DNA of 64,000 nucleotides from Plasmodiophora brassicae (Eukaryota): NCBI GenBank assembly GCA_036867785.1, contig CP145414.1, positions 186,001 to 250,000 of the forward strand, read 5' to 3'. Shown piece by piece: positions 48,339 to 59,508 of this stretch (position 1 is its first letter; each line of letters starts with the position of its first letter). The notes under the pieces were generated by a model. It saw only the letters and a program-made list of their open reading frames with translations, ran no database searches and was not told where the DNA came from. The position numbers and the translations under genes were made by a program.

Positions 48339-50915
48339 ATGCGCCATGCGCTCGCACGGCCGCGCCTGACTCGGCACGCGTGCCTGCCGGTCGGTCGCGC
48401 GTCCACCCCCTTCTTCTGTGCGGCCCCGCGCCTACAGCACCGTCCGCCCGATCGACGCGACGGCGGTGTCGAGGGCGCGCCCCACCCGCAGCTGTGTGCC
48501 GGATTACCGCCGCCGCCGCCTCCGCAGCATCATCAGCAGCAGCAGCAGGGGCGAGCTCGCCCGCCGTCACTGTACGCAGCGTTCATGCGTCGCCCGTCGA
48601 TGCTGCTGGCCGTACGGACGTTGCAGCAGGATGACGACCCGGGGCGCGGCTGGGCCGTCGTCGAGCGCGTCCTCGACATGGGCCTCAGCGCCGACATCCG
48701 CTTCTACATGACGGCCATGTCGTTCTGCCGGCGGTGCCTGCCGTCCAAGGCGGCGCACGTGCTGCGGGCGGCCGTGACCCGGGGCGTCCAGGTCACCGAC
48801 GCCCTGTTCTGCGCCCTGATCGGCGCCTGCCAGCGCACGCAGCCCATCCAGTGGCAGGTCGCCCTGGACCTGTACCTGAAGTTCGGGCCGCGCTCCCCCA
48901 TGTCCCTGTTCGGCATCGTCAACATGTGCCGCCTGTCCGGGCGCGCCGTCGAGGCCCTCCAGGTCGCCGACGACGCCCTGCACCGGGGCGCCGACCTCAA
49001 CGCCAAGACGCTGTCGCTGTTCGCCGCCTGCTGCGGCGAACACCAATCGGACCTGTCGGCACGTGTCGCCGAGCGCCTCCTGCAGGTCGCCTGCCGGCAG
49101 GACCCGGGCGCCGTCCCGCAGATGCCCCGCCTGCTCAGCAACCTGCTCAAGACGCTGCTGGGCGACGGCCGGTTCGACGCCGTCGTCGGCGCCCTGCCCC
49201 GCCTCGAGCCGATGCGCCTGCCGCCCGAGTCGCTGCACATCTACGCGAACATGACGCTGGCCGCCCTGGCCAAGGCCGGCCGCGTCGACGACGCCCTGGC
49301 CGTCTTCCGCCTGATGACCGCCGGCTGGGGCGTCGCCCTGGACCCGCCCGTCGCCGCCCTCTTCATCGTCGCCTGCGGGCGCGCCTCGCGCCGCGACGCC
49401 GTCGACACGTTGCACGCGTACGCGGGCGGCCACGACCTGCTGCGTCACGGCAACGTGTCCAGCGCCATCGTGTCGGCGTACGACCACTGCGGCGACCTGG
49501 CCGGCGCCGTCCGCGCCTTCCAGCGCCTGCCCGGCGTGCCGGACGTGCCGACCCACAACGCCCTGATCGGGGCGTACGGCCACCACGGCGCGGTCGACGA
49601 CGCCGTCGCGACGTTCGCCCGGGTCCAGCGCCTCGGTGTCCCGCTGACGAAGCAGATCTACACGAACGTGCTGTCGATCCTGGCCAAGGCGGACCGCGTG
49701 CCGCCGGCCGCCGCCCTGTTCGACACGATGGTCGACCGGGGCGTCCCGATCGACGCCGCCGTCCTCGCCTGCCTGGTGTCCGCCTGCGGGCGCGCCTCGC
49801 ACCTGGCCGTCGCCGACCGCCTGTACGCGTTCGCCGCCGACCGCCACCTGCCGCTGCCCGGCAACGTCGCCAGCGCCTTCGTCCGGGCGTTCGGCGACTG
49901 CGCCCGCCTGGACGCCGCCCTGCAGGTGTTCCGGGCGGCGGCGACGGCGGGCGGCGCGACGACGGACGCCATCCTGACCTACACGGCCATGATGGGCGCC
50001 TACGGGCAGCACGGCCTGCTGGCCAGCGCCCTGGACCTGCTCGACCACGTCGTCGCGCTCGACCTGCGCCCGAACGAGACGACGCTGCACGCCCTGCTGG
50101 TCGGGTGCGCGCGCCAGGGCGACCTGCCGCGCGCCGAGGCCCTCCTGCGGCACCTGCCGGCCACGTACCGCCTGACGGTCTACCCGCGCCACGTCGCCTG
50201 CCTCGTCGACCTGTACGGGCGCGCCGGGCGCCTCGACGACGCCGAGCGCCGCATCGTCGACGCGCCCAATGCCGTCAGCGACAGCGCCGACGCCTGGGTC
50301 GCCCTGCTGCACGCCTGCGCCCACCATGGCGACCTGCCACGGGCGCAGCGCGCCTTCGCCCGCCTACGGTCGCTGTCGGCCGCGCCCGACGCCGACGCCT
50401 ACGTCCGCATGGCGCAGGTCTACGCCGAGGCCGGCCTGCACGACGACCTGCGGGGCCTGCACCGGGACATGGCCGATCGGGGCGTGGACGCGCGCCCCAC
50501 CACCACCGTCATCCTGCCGGATCGGTCCGTCCAGGTCGGGTGCCACGACCTGCAGGGCGACGACGCGCGCCTGCAGGAACGCCACGACGCCCTGATCGAC
50601 GACCTGCTTCGCCACGGGTACGCGCCCGACGCGCGCCTGGGCCTCCTCGACCCTGGCGCCGCCGACGACGATGACGACGCGCGGCGGCGCCTGGTGTGCG
50701 GGCACAGCGAGAAGATCGCGCTGGCGTACGGGCTGATGGGGGCGCAGGACGGGCGGGCGCCCATCTGCGCGTCGACCAGCATGCGCATGTGCTCGGATTG
50801 CCACGCGGCGTTCAAGGTCGCGTCGCGCGTCTACGACCGGGCCGTCTACATGCGGGACACCAGGCGGCATCATCGGTTCCAGGACGGGCAGTGCTCCTGC
50901 AGGGACTACTGGTGA
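48339..50915 (+). CDS. PPR protein with E1/E2 motifs and a C-terminal DYW cytidine deaminase domain, intronless
   Basis: PPR repeats (HNALIGAYGHHG, YTAMMGAYGQHG), CLVDLYGRAGRLDDA, AWVALLHAC, AYVRMAQVYAEAG, GYAPD, HSEKIALAYG, MRMCSDCH and HHRFQDGQCSCRDYW-stop. The frame is open from 48090; the start is inferred. Confidence 0.95.
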   Translation: MRHALARPRLTRHACLPVGRASTPFFCAAPRLQHRPPDRRDGGVEGAPHPQLCAGLPPPPPPQHHQQQQQGRARPPSLYAAFMRRPSMLLAVRTLQQDDDPGRGWAVVERVLDMGLSADIRFYMTAMSFCRRCLPSKAAHVLRAAVTRGVQVTDALFCALIGACQRTQPIQWQVALDLYLKFGPRSPMSLFGIVNMCRLSGRAVEALQVADDALHRGADLNAKTLSLFAACCGEHQSDLSARVAERLLQVACRQDPGAVPQMPRLLSNLLKTLLGDGRFDAVVGALPRLEPMRLPPESLHIYANMTLAALAKAGRVDDALAVFRLMTAGWGVALDPPVAALFIVACGRASRRDAVDTLHAYAGGHDLLRHGNVSSAIVSAYDHCGDLAGAVRAFQRLPGVPDVPTHNALIGAYGHHGAVDDAVATFARVQRLGVPLTKQIYTNVLSILAKADRVPPAAALFDTMVDRGVPIDAAVLACLVSACGRASHLAVADRLYAFAADRHLPLPGNVASAFVRAFGDCARLDAALQVFRAAATAGGATTDAILTYTAMMGAYGQHGLLASALDLLDHVVALDLRPNETTLHALLVGCARQGDLPRAEALLRHLPATYRLTVYPRHVACLVDLYGRAGRLDDAERRIVDAPNAVSDSADAWVALLHACAHHGDLPRAQRAFARLRSLSAAPDADAYVRMAQVYAEAGLHDDLRGLHRDMADRGVDARPTTTVILPDRSVQVGCHDLQGDDARLQERHDALIDDLLRHGYAPDARLGLLDPGAADDDDDARRRLVCGHSEKIALAYGLMGAQDGRAPICASTSMRMCSDCHAAFKVASRVYDRAVYMRDTRRHHRFQDGQCSCRDYW

Positions 50916-50980
50916 CAACCAGCGATACAAAGCAGCGCCGTCCATGGCGACGACACTCTATCTGTACTATCATACGACGA

Positions 50981-53739
50981 TCACAGGGCGGGCGCCGCCG
51001 CCTTCGACTTGATCCAGTCGGCGTCGCGCAGGGCGCGTTGCAGGCGCGGGCAACGTTCGACGGGGACCCGGGCGGCATTGTCGCGCAGCAGGTTCGCCAG
51101 TCGGGCGCACACGTCGTCCACATCGTCCCGGGTGCGTTCGTTCGTCACGCAGTGCAACAGGTCGTCGCGGGGCATGCCCGATACCAGACCCGTCACCGAC
51201 GACAGTAACCTGTGCGGCGACAGTCAGTAGGCGCGCCACACAATATGGGCCAGCATGCATCGGCCGGGGACGCACCCGTCGCAGAACGATTGCAGGATGG
51301 GCCAGGCCGGCCTGTTCCCGTCAAGGTCCACATGGCGGATGTTGGGGCTCCTGACCAGGAGCTTCACGATCAGGTCCTGCACACACACGCACAGGGTCAG
51401 GTCAGGCGACCGAGCGTCACCATGCGAACGCCATCCCCACATAGGTGTGCTTGCTGATGGCGTTGCTGGACACGTTCAGGGCCGTCAGCGTGGTGTTGCC
51501 CATGAGGCCGTCGACGAGCTCGCTGACGGCGGCGGCGCCCATGGGCGCGCCGGGTCGCCCGCGCACGCTGACGATCTTCAGGTTGCCGTTGCGATTGCAC
51601 AGGTCGGCCAGGGCGCGTCCTGCCTGGCCGCCCGTCTCCTTGCCGAAGAGGCGCCGATGCACGTTCCCGCCCAGGTCCAGGACCATCAGCGACGGTACCG
51701 ACTCGAGCGCTTTGCAGACGGCGATGAACTCGACCGGGTTGATGCCGCACGACGACAGGTTCAACGCGACAACGTTCCGCACGACCTGGTCGGGCGTGGC
51801 GCGCGCCATCGTCTGCAGGGCGTCCGGCCAGGGCGACACCGACCCGGGGCAGTCGTTGCCCGACAGGTCCAGGACGAACTCGACGCCGTCGTGGCCATTG
51901 CTGGCCGCGTTCTCCAGCAGCATCGTCGCCGACTGCTTCGTCAGGCGCACGTCGGCCATCGCCACCGTCGCCATGGTCGGCGTGTGGCGCAGGCAGGCCC
52001 CGACATGCAGAACGGCATCGTTCAACAAGCGATTCCGGGACACATCTACGTACAACAGGCACGATGTGAGGTCCCGGGCGATGGTCAGACGGCTGTCCAG
52101 CACCACCCCCTACCGAGGAACCGCAGGCGACCGACGACACGGTCGGCGATGTGGCGCAGGATGGAATCGAGCTGGGCGCCCGGCCCCGAGCAGTGCCCGA
52201 GGCGCAGGACGCGCAGGCGGTCCAGGTGATGCAGGTTCTCCTCAATCCAGTCCAGGCCGGTGGCGCCCGGCGCGTTGTCCGACACGTTCAACGTTTCCAG
52301 GCTGGGTACCGCGCTCATGTACGTGGCTGTGCCGGGGGGTACAAACGAGGAACGTTAGCCGCCGAGGCACCCGTTCGACGACAGACGCCTGCTCCCTACC
52401 GATGGCTTCAAAGGCGCGTGCGCCCAGGCCGCATCGGCAGCAGTTCAGGTGCTTCAGGCGAGTGCCCGTCTGCGTCAGCGCCGTCATGACATGCGCCATG
52501 CCCTTATCGCCGATGACGTTGTTGGAGACGTCCAGGTGGCGCAGCCAGTTAGGTGCCTGCCGGTGCAGAGCGCTGCCCAGGGCCGCCATCGCCCGGGATG
52601 CGCAGCGCACGTTCGACAGGTTCACCAGCTGGACGCGCGACACGCCCGTCATCATCGACGCGATCGCCTGCACGCCCGGATCGCCGATGGCCAGGTTGGA
52701 CGCGTCGATCCGGTCGAACAGGTCGGCCGTGTACCGTAGCGATGTGCAGACGGCCGACAGCGCCCGCAGGTGCGCGCCCTCCTCGTATCGAAACACGCCC
52801 AGTGCATCCTGCGCGCCGTATGGTCACCACCAAGGAAGCAATGTGGCAACAACACGACGCCGGATGCCGTACCCGAAGGTTCAGCGTGGTGTCGCCCTGG
52901 GCTCGGCACCTGTCCAGGTAGTCGACGAACCGGGAGCGACCCTGGATCCCGTCCCGATCGCAGATGGCGCCGTACGTGCCAACGACATCGTCACGGTCGG
53001 CGGCACTTGGGTCCGGGTACCGGCAACCGGACGGCAGGCGCGCGCGCTCCTCGTCCGGCCACGAACGACGAACGCCTTGCAAGCGCTCGATCAGGCAGGT
53101 CAGGAACTGGCTCTCTGCCCTCTCCGGCTGTCGAACGTTCAGGATGGATCCGTTGCCGAGTTCAACGCTGACGGTGTTGTCGTTGACGTCGACGGACGTG
53201 ATCTGGAGGATGGACGCCGACACAATCGGCGCGCGTTTCCCCAGACGGGGCCGACCTGTCGGCAGGACCACGAGGCGGTACTCGGTCATCATGACGACAC
53301 GGTTGTGGAACGAGGATGTCCGGTAGGCAACGGGAACCTCGTCGCAGTACACGGCGGTCTGTTTGATATCGGACAGAATCGACCCAATCGTGTCCTGCTG
53401 GTAGTCGTTCAAAGGGCAAGCCACAGCCGGCGGGTCCTCTGTCGAATGCCGACTCTCTACGGCGTCGCTGACGTCGGTCTTCGCCGTGACGCTTCGGCAC
53501 GGGCACTGTGCACCGGCATTGGCCATCTCGGTGACCCATCGATGCACGACGGTGTCGAGATGCACCCAGGCCGTACGGCGGTCACTCGTCGACAGCACGT
53601 TCTCCAGCACCGACAGGAACTCCTGGGTCGTCTCCCCCATCGGCACCGTCCGCCAATCGTCGTCCGACACGGCTGCCATCCCATGGTCAAGCATGCGCGC
53701 CACCGTAGCGCAATCGACATCCTCAACGCAGGACGCCAT
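50981..53739 (-). CDS. Multi-exon leucine-rich-repeat protein, CARMIL/LRRC16-like
   Basis: RVVMMTEYRLVVL (PH-like), TYGAICD, then RNI-type LRRs (LRHLDVSNNVIGDKG, LDLGGN, LMGNTTLTALNVSSN). Confidence 0.65.
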
Positions 53740-54046
53740 CGTCGGCGACGACTGCAACCAATCGGCCGATGTCGAAATGGACGCGCACACCACACGTCAC
53801 ACGCCAGTGGACGTGCGGCCCGGGGCCACCTGCAAATCATATCTCACGGCCTGACCTAAAAGGGCGCCCACAGCGGCCCTGTACCCAGCCAGACACGGTA
53901 TCGACAGGTGGCACACTGGCCTGTTCGTCGGCGCTGTGCACGATGTCCAGCAACGCAGCGGGACATACGTTAAGTGGGTCGCAAGTCCGTGGGCGGGTGC
54001 AGCTCAACTCAGTGCGCGGTGCGCGATCGACGCCGGTCGGTCCGCA

Positions 54047-55444
54047 ATGGCGGCGGTGGCGGCACCCGCTGCGGCTTCACCGGGTGACGCCTGGGCGCCC
54101 ACGTCGCCCCTATCCGTCGTCGTGCTCGCCGCCGTACGGTCCGTCTCACAGCAGTTCACGGACGTCGTCGAGAGCCTCGAACTCGACGACGACAATGATC
54201 ATAAGCGGCGGCAGCTGCTGATGCTGCTGACGCGATCCGTCCAATCGTGCGGGCGCCTCCTGGCCCTCATCCGGTGGTGCACACGCCGCCTGCAGTCATA
54301 TCGCCTTGGTCGAGCGGCGATAGCACTTCTCGACACCTACTGCCTGGAATGGCACCGCGATTTCCGCCTGACGTCATTAACGTACCCGGTGTGGGACCTG
54401 GAAACCACGTTGCATTGTGTATCGTCGTCCGGTTATTACCTTCTGCCGCGATGCACGTCCGGGACGGATACGCTGGCCGCACCCCCCGCCGATCGGGATC
54501 GTGTCCGTCGGCGGCTGCGCGCGATGGTCTCGCACCACCTGCACCTGCATCGACCCGCTCTGCCTCACCACTGCACCGTATCCGGGACGACCATATCGAC
54601 ATCGTCGTATACGCTGGACCTGTCGCTGCGCATGCAGCCCGGCAGGTTGCACTGGGCGCTCATGGCGCTCACGTTCGCGCTCGTCGACGACGACGGCGTC
54701 GAGGTCGTCACGCCCGCCCAAACGCACACGATCATGGAGATCGAGCGTAACCGTCTCATGTCCTGCGCGGACCTGCGCCTCGCTCTGCAGTCGCTGATCG
54801 CGTCGCTCGACCGCGACGCCGTTCTCATCCAGTTCGCCGTCCTCGAGCGCCAGGCGCGATCGTTCGCGACGTCGGTGACGTGCACACCCACGTCGATATC
54901 GTACCCGTTCTGGGCGTCCGCCACGCTTCGCATCGTCCTGACCGACACCGACCTGCGCGTGACGCTCGGCAGCGAACCCGTGCGCCAGTGGACTGCGTCG
55001 CCCAAAATAGCGTTCTCCGGGATTCTGGGCGCGGCGCAGTCCCAAGCTGCGCAGCGACTGCTCGCCGGCGTGCCTTCGTCATGTCGCGTCGATCGTCGCA
55101 CGGGTGCCGTGCGGTTCTGGTCGCGGAGTCGACCGCTGACGCTGGCGGATGTGAGCACCATGCGCCAGGATAACGTGCTGTACTGGGTCGGATGCGCACG
55201 CGCCATCCTGACCGCCGCCGGCTTCGACTGCGTGAAACACGGCTGGACGGAATCGCGGGGCACGATCCAGTGCCGGCGGAGAGGGGACGCCACCGGATCC
55301 GGCGCCACGTTCGTCGTCGAGTGCGACGCTGACGGGCGACTGCGAGGGCCCGACGGCATTGACTTTCGCCTGGATACGCGTCGTGGCCCGCACATGCTGC
55401 CGGTTCTGAGATCTCTAGCACATTCACCTACTGTACTATCCTAA
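54047..55444 (+). CDS. MED14: Mediator subunit 14-like protein (short, 465 aa)
   Basis: PLSVVV...FTDVVESL...KRRQLL...RLLALIRW and PVWDLETTLHCVSSSGYYLLP follow the Med14 N-terminal domain pattern. Confidence 0.6.
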   Translation: MAAVAAPAAASPGDAWAPTSPLSVVVLAAVRSVSQQFTDVVESLELDDDNDHKRRQLLMLLTRSVQSCGRLLALIRWCTRRLQSYRLGRAAIALLDTYCLEWHRDFRLTSLTYPVWDLETTLHCVSSSGYYLLPRCTSGTDTLAAPPADRDRVRRRLRAMVSHHLHLHRPALPHHCTVSGTTISTSSYTLDLSLRMQPGRLHWALMALTFALVDDDGVEVVTPAQTHTIMEIERNRLMSCADLRLALQSLIASLDRDAVLIQFAVLERQARSFATSVTCTPTSISYPFWASATLRIVLTDTDLRVTLGSEPVRQWTASPKIAFSGILGAAQSQAAQRLLAGVPSSCRVDRRTGAVRFWSRSRPLTLADVSTMRQDNVLYWVGCARAILTAAGFDCVKHGWTESRGTIQCRRRGDATGSGATFVVECDADGRLRGPDGIDFRLDTRRGPHMLPVLRSLAHSPTVLS

Positions 55445-55536
55445 CGCTTAGCAACCACATCAATCGACCCCATCGTCTGGACACACACTGGGCAATTCGA
55501 ACACTGTATTGTACGCTTGTCTCGCGCGGCTGCCGC

Positions 55537-56539
55537 TCACTTGCTCTGCACGGCGGCGCCCTTCGTCTCGTCGAACAGGTCCAGGAACTTTTGCAACGCG
55601 AACAGCTGCGGTTCACGTGTCATCATACCCAATAGCGGACGCGTACTGCTCCATACACCAACCTTGTCGTGGGTAGATAGGTGCTCGTATGCGATCGTTT
55701 TCGGCATGACTGGCCGTCCTGGAGCCGCCTTCTTGCCCTGGCGAGGTGGCTGTTGCTGCTGTGTACGTTCGGCCATCGTGTTCAGCAGGGTGCGCACACG
55801 TTGCTCCACGTCGTTCTGCATCTTCCATCGTCGGTGGACGTGCACGTTAATGGCCAGCATCTGTCGCGCCTGTCGACGTGCCAGGTCGCGCTGTGCCCGC
55901 GTCTGGCACAGTTCAGCGGAGGCGCGCGCCGCCCGTGCATCGGCACACGCTGCCGCGTGTCGCGCCGTCCGTAGCGCCTCGATCGTGTTGCCGACCAGAT
56001 CCGCTGGCGTCGATGCCGATGTCACTGGCAACGATAACGCAGACCGGCACACCTGCTCGATGTCGTGCGACGCGCGACGTAACGTGGCGACCTCGCCAGT
56101 CAGCAATTGCTGCTCGCGGCGCAATCGGTCGACCCTAAAATGGCAACCTCGTCTGAGCCTAGCGGAGCAGTCCGCATCGGAGCCGCCGTCTTACAGGTTG
56201 TCCAGTGCGTCTGCGCGAGCGTGTTCACGGGTCAGCTGACGCTCGAGATTGTCGGCGCGCTGACGTTCCTGATCGCGATCGCGGTTCGCCGCTAGTTTCT
56301 GCATCGTCAGACGCGCGATCTCGCAGGACGCCATGGACGCATTGGCGAGGTCGCTCTTTTGTGGGCGCCCCTTCACAATCGCCTGCGACGACCACATGTT
56401 CGGAAGCGCCGTTGTCGTCGCGCGACGTTTAAACTTTGGCGTGTGACGCCCAGTCGGGGCCTGGGCAGCCGGGAACGCTACCAGCGAGCGTCACAGGACT
56501 GGGCTGCAGCAGCATAGGGTTCTCCTCACCACCAGCCAT
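55537..56539 (-). CDS. Hypothetical coiled-coil protein, multi-exon; 5' end uncertain
   Basis: Successive minus-strand helical, charged ORFs (56191-56397, 55537-56124) separated by intron-sized gaps. Confidence 0.45.
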
Positions 56540-56648
56540 GAGAATCGCACGCGCACCATCATGGAACTGTGTGACGATAGATAGTCGCCCACTGTCCATT
56601 CGCCGCGCTCTTCGATCGCCCACACCGCCGAACGTGGTAGTTCGTACT

Positions 56649-56990
56649 TTACTGTTTGCGGATCATCTTTAGCTGCTTCTTGGTCAGCTTCTTGAGCTTG
56701 CTCGTGTCTGAGATGACTTGGACGACCTGTGATTTCTTCTCGTTCGCCTCCTTCGTGGCGCGCTTCTGCGCGCGTCGCCTCCGCTCCTCCGCTTTAGTCG
56801 CCTTGATCTCCTCGATCAGTGCCTGCTGCTGAATCCGTGCCGCCTGCAACTTCTCCCTTTCCTGAAGTCGTTTCGCGAACGATCCGGCCGCGCCTGTCCG
56901 CATCGTACTGCTATGCCGTGACTTCTGGATCGTCTTCCAAACCCGCCCATTGACGGGGCGTGAGCGAGGTACCTCAGCTACCGACGTCAT
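56649..56990 (-). CDS. Cgr1/CCDC86-family nucleolar rRNA-processing protein
   Basis: NGRVWK...SFAKRLQER...EEIK...ANEKKSQVVQVI...KLKKLTKKQLK. Confidence 0.8.
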   Translation of the reverse strand: MTSVAEVPRSRPVNGRVWKTIQKSRHSSTMRTGAAGSFAKRLQEREKLQAARIQQQALIEEIKATKAEERRRRAQKRATKEANEKKSQVVQVISDTSKLKKLTKKQLKMIRKQ

Positions 56991-57939
56991 TGTCGCCGTG
57001 AGGGTCTGCGGACTCCGCCACGGACTGCGACACACCTGAACGCAGCCGATGAAAACTTTTAGCCAGGACAACCGACAACGCCGGTTTTGCAATCGGCGTA
57101 TTTATCAGCTCAAGGAGGACACCAATGTCGGCGCTACCTAGGGCTTGCAGCGGACAGACCGAGATAAAAGATTCGCAAGGCGATGCGTTGCGCAATCGAC
57201 AGTCGGCCGCTGCAGAGCGGAGTACCTGCACATTCGTGATGGTCACATCAGGTCTCCACCCCGTCCCGGGTGCCGTGTCTGCCCTGCGTAAGAACGGCCT
57301 TCTCCCGCCAGATCCGTTCTGTAAGTTTGATGAAACGGTCGTACGTACAAGTGTTCTGACTTCATGACCAGATGTGCCGAAAGTAGGACTATTTCTCCTT
57401 GAAATGATACTTCCGGGGTTTGTCCCCAAGTGCCCGGTTCTGTCATAAGAACGAGACCGTTAAGCTGAACGGGTGAAATTCGAACCCAATCACAGGACGG
57501 ATCTACTCATGTACAAGGTATTCACGAATACGTTTCAGTTGCATCACTACTCTCATTCTGAACGATACAGCGTTACTGCTGCAATGCTTGCCGAAGTCTT
57601 CAACGCGAACTTCCTGCTTAAGGACTTAATGTGGATGACGCGACCGTATGGAAGCAGCTCCCGAAGTACCCCTTCACAGCCATCCGCAATGACGTCTACG
57701 CTGCTCCTTTGTACCCGTATAAGAGTGCGCCCTTTCAAGGAGACGTTGATGATTCTCTCTCCCACGACGGCCGGTGCCATCTGCATCACCATTGGCGATA
57801 TTATCAACAATCGTCGTTTCTGCAATACTATCGAACGGTCTGTGACATGTTCGTCAAGCAACATGGTGATGATATTGCCAATTTTGCGGGAATGCGAGAC
57901 GTCCTTCCGTCGTGTACGTGACAAATCGCACTATACGAC

Positions 57940-58668
57940 AGCGTTCCCGGCATCGTCGAACATCGCGACGGCTGCGGGCCAAGCCGCCGGTGTCGGAGCT
58001 GCGCCGGTCGCCGTCGGCGCGCCGATGCAGGCGCAAGACATCCTGGACGCCGACAACGAGGCGCAGGCGCGCAAGCGCCATCGCCTGGCGCACCCGGCGC
58101 AGATAACCGGCGACGAGTGCGCTGCGTCCATGGTCCGTTCACACGCGATCATCGCGGAGCACGCCGCCCAAGCGTATGCCGGCGTCGGTGCTGCACCTGC
58201 ATGGTTTGCGCCAGCGCTGCAGGCGCAGCTTCAGCCGCAGCTTCAGACGCTGCAGGCGCAGCTTGATCAGGCGCTGCAGGCGCATCTGCAACTGCTGTCC
58301 GCGCGTACAGATAATCTCCGCATACGTTCGCGGAACGTTCATCGCATCACGATACAACAGCATCTCTCACCTGTCGGCAAAGAAGTCGCCGGCCACCCGG
58401 CTGGCGCGATCCCGGCGGTGCGTTTGCGGTTCGGGCGGCGCCTTCGCTGTGGGGACCATCCTCCCGGAGCTGCCGTTTTTCCCGGCCGCCGGCGTTACAC
58501 CGTCCGACATTCATGGCCTGACAGGCGCGAACGTGCACGCCCTTCAGTGGCTCTACAACGTGGACTTTGCTCGTAAGCCTTGTCGGCAGGATCGATCTTG
58601 TCAATAGAGCCCGGGGGGCGCCCTGTCGGTGCGTCACGACGGGTTGCAGGAGTTTCTGCTCATGTAGC
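57940..58668 (+). pseudogene. Mug135/DUF1773-like gene, frameshifted copy (left arm of inverted duplication)
   Basis: Matches the 58835-59593 copy. A deletion near 58420-58430 shifts the frame and the last intron is shortened. Confidence 0.6.
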
Positions 58669-58834
58669 TAGTGTTGGAGGCCTCTCATGAGGCTCGCAAC
58701 ACTACATGAGCAGACCCGTGGAAGCGGTTCTTTTGGTACGTTGCTGTTCAAGTGAAGAGTCGTGCTTTGTTTTACTTTGCTAATTGCGGCATCGTCACAG
58801 GATTACGGTCTGCTCCATGTAGTGTTGCCTACAA

Positions 58835-59508
58835 CTACATGAGCAGAAACTCTTGCAACCCGTCGCGGCGCACCGACAGGGCGGCCCCTGGCGCTATTGA
58901 CAAACCACAGCGTTAATACTGCGAATTCGGGATCGACCCTGCCGACAAGGCTTACGAGCAAAGTGCACGTTGTAGAACCACTGAAGGGCGCCCACCTGCG
59001 CGCCTGTCAGGCCATGAATGTCGGACGATGTGACGCCGGCGGCCGGGAAAAACGGCAGCTCCGGGAGGATGGTCCCTACAGCGAAGGCGCCGCCCGACGG
59101 GACGAGACCTGCAAACACTGCCGGGATCGCGCCAGCCGGATGGTCGGCGACTTCCTTGCTGACGGGCGACAGATGTTCTTGTATCGTGATGCGATGAACG
59201 TTCCGCGAACGTATGCGAAGGTTATCTGTACGCGCGGACAGCAGTTGCAGTTGCGCTTGCAGCGGCTGAAGCTGCGCCTGCAGCGCCTGAAGCTGCGGCT
59301 GAAGCTGCGCCTGCAGCGCTGGCGCAAACCATGCAGGTGCAGCACCGACGCCGGCATACGCTTGGGCGGCGTGCTCCGCGATGATCGCGTGTGAACGGAC
59401 CATGGACGCAGCGCACTCGTCGCCGGTTATCTGCGCCGGGTGCGCCAGGCGATGGCGCTTGCGCGCCTGCGCCTCGTTGTCGGCGTCCAGGATGTCTTGC
59501 GCCTGCAT
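58835..59508 (-). CDS. Mug135/DUF1773-like protein (right arm), intron 58894-58955; may have an upstream exon
   Basis: APAWF, QLQ heptads, RSRN and FP...DIHGLTGAQVGALQWFYNV. Splicing gives ...HFAPPGAALSVRRDGLQEFLLM-stop. Confidence 0.6.

Noticed and set aside
48567-53859. Long overlapping and antisense ORFs (586, 646 and 804 aa)
   Set aside because: Shadow frames of GC-rich PPR and LRR genes; low complexity with no motifs.
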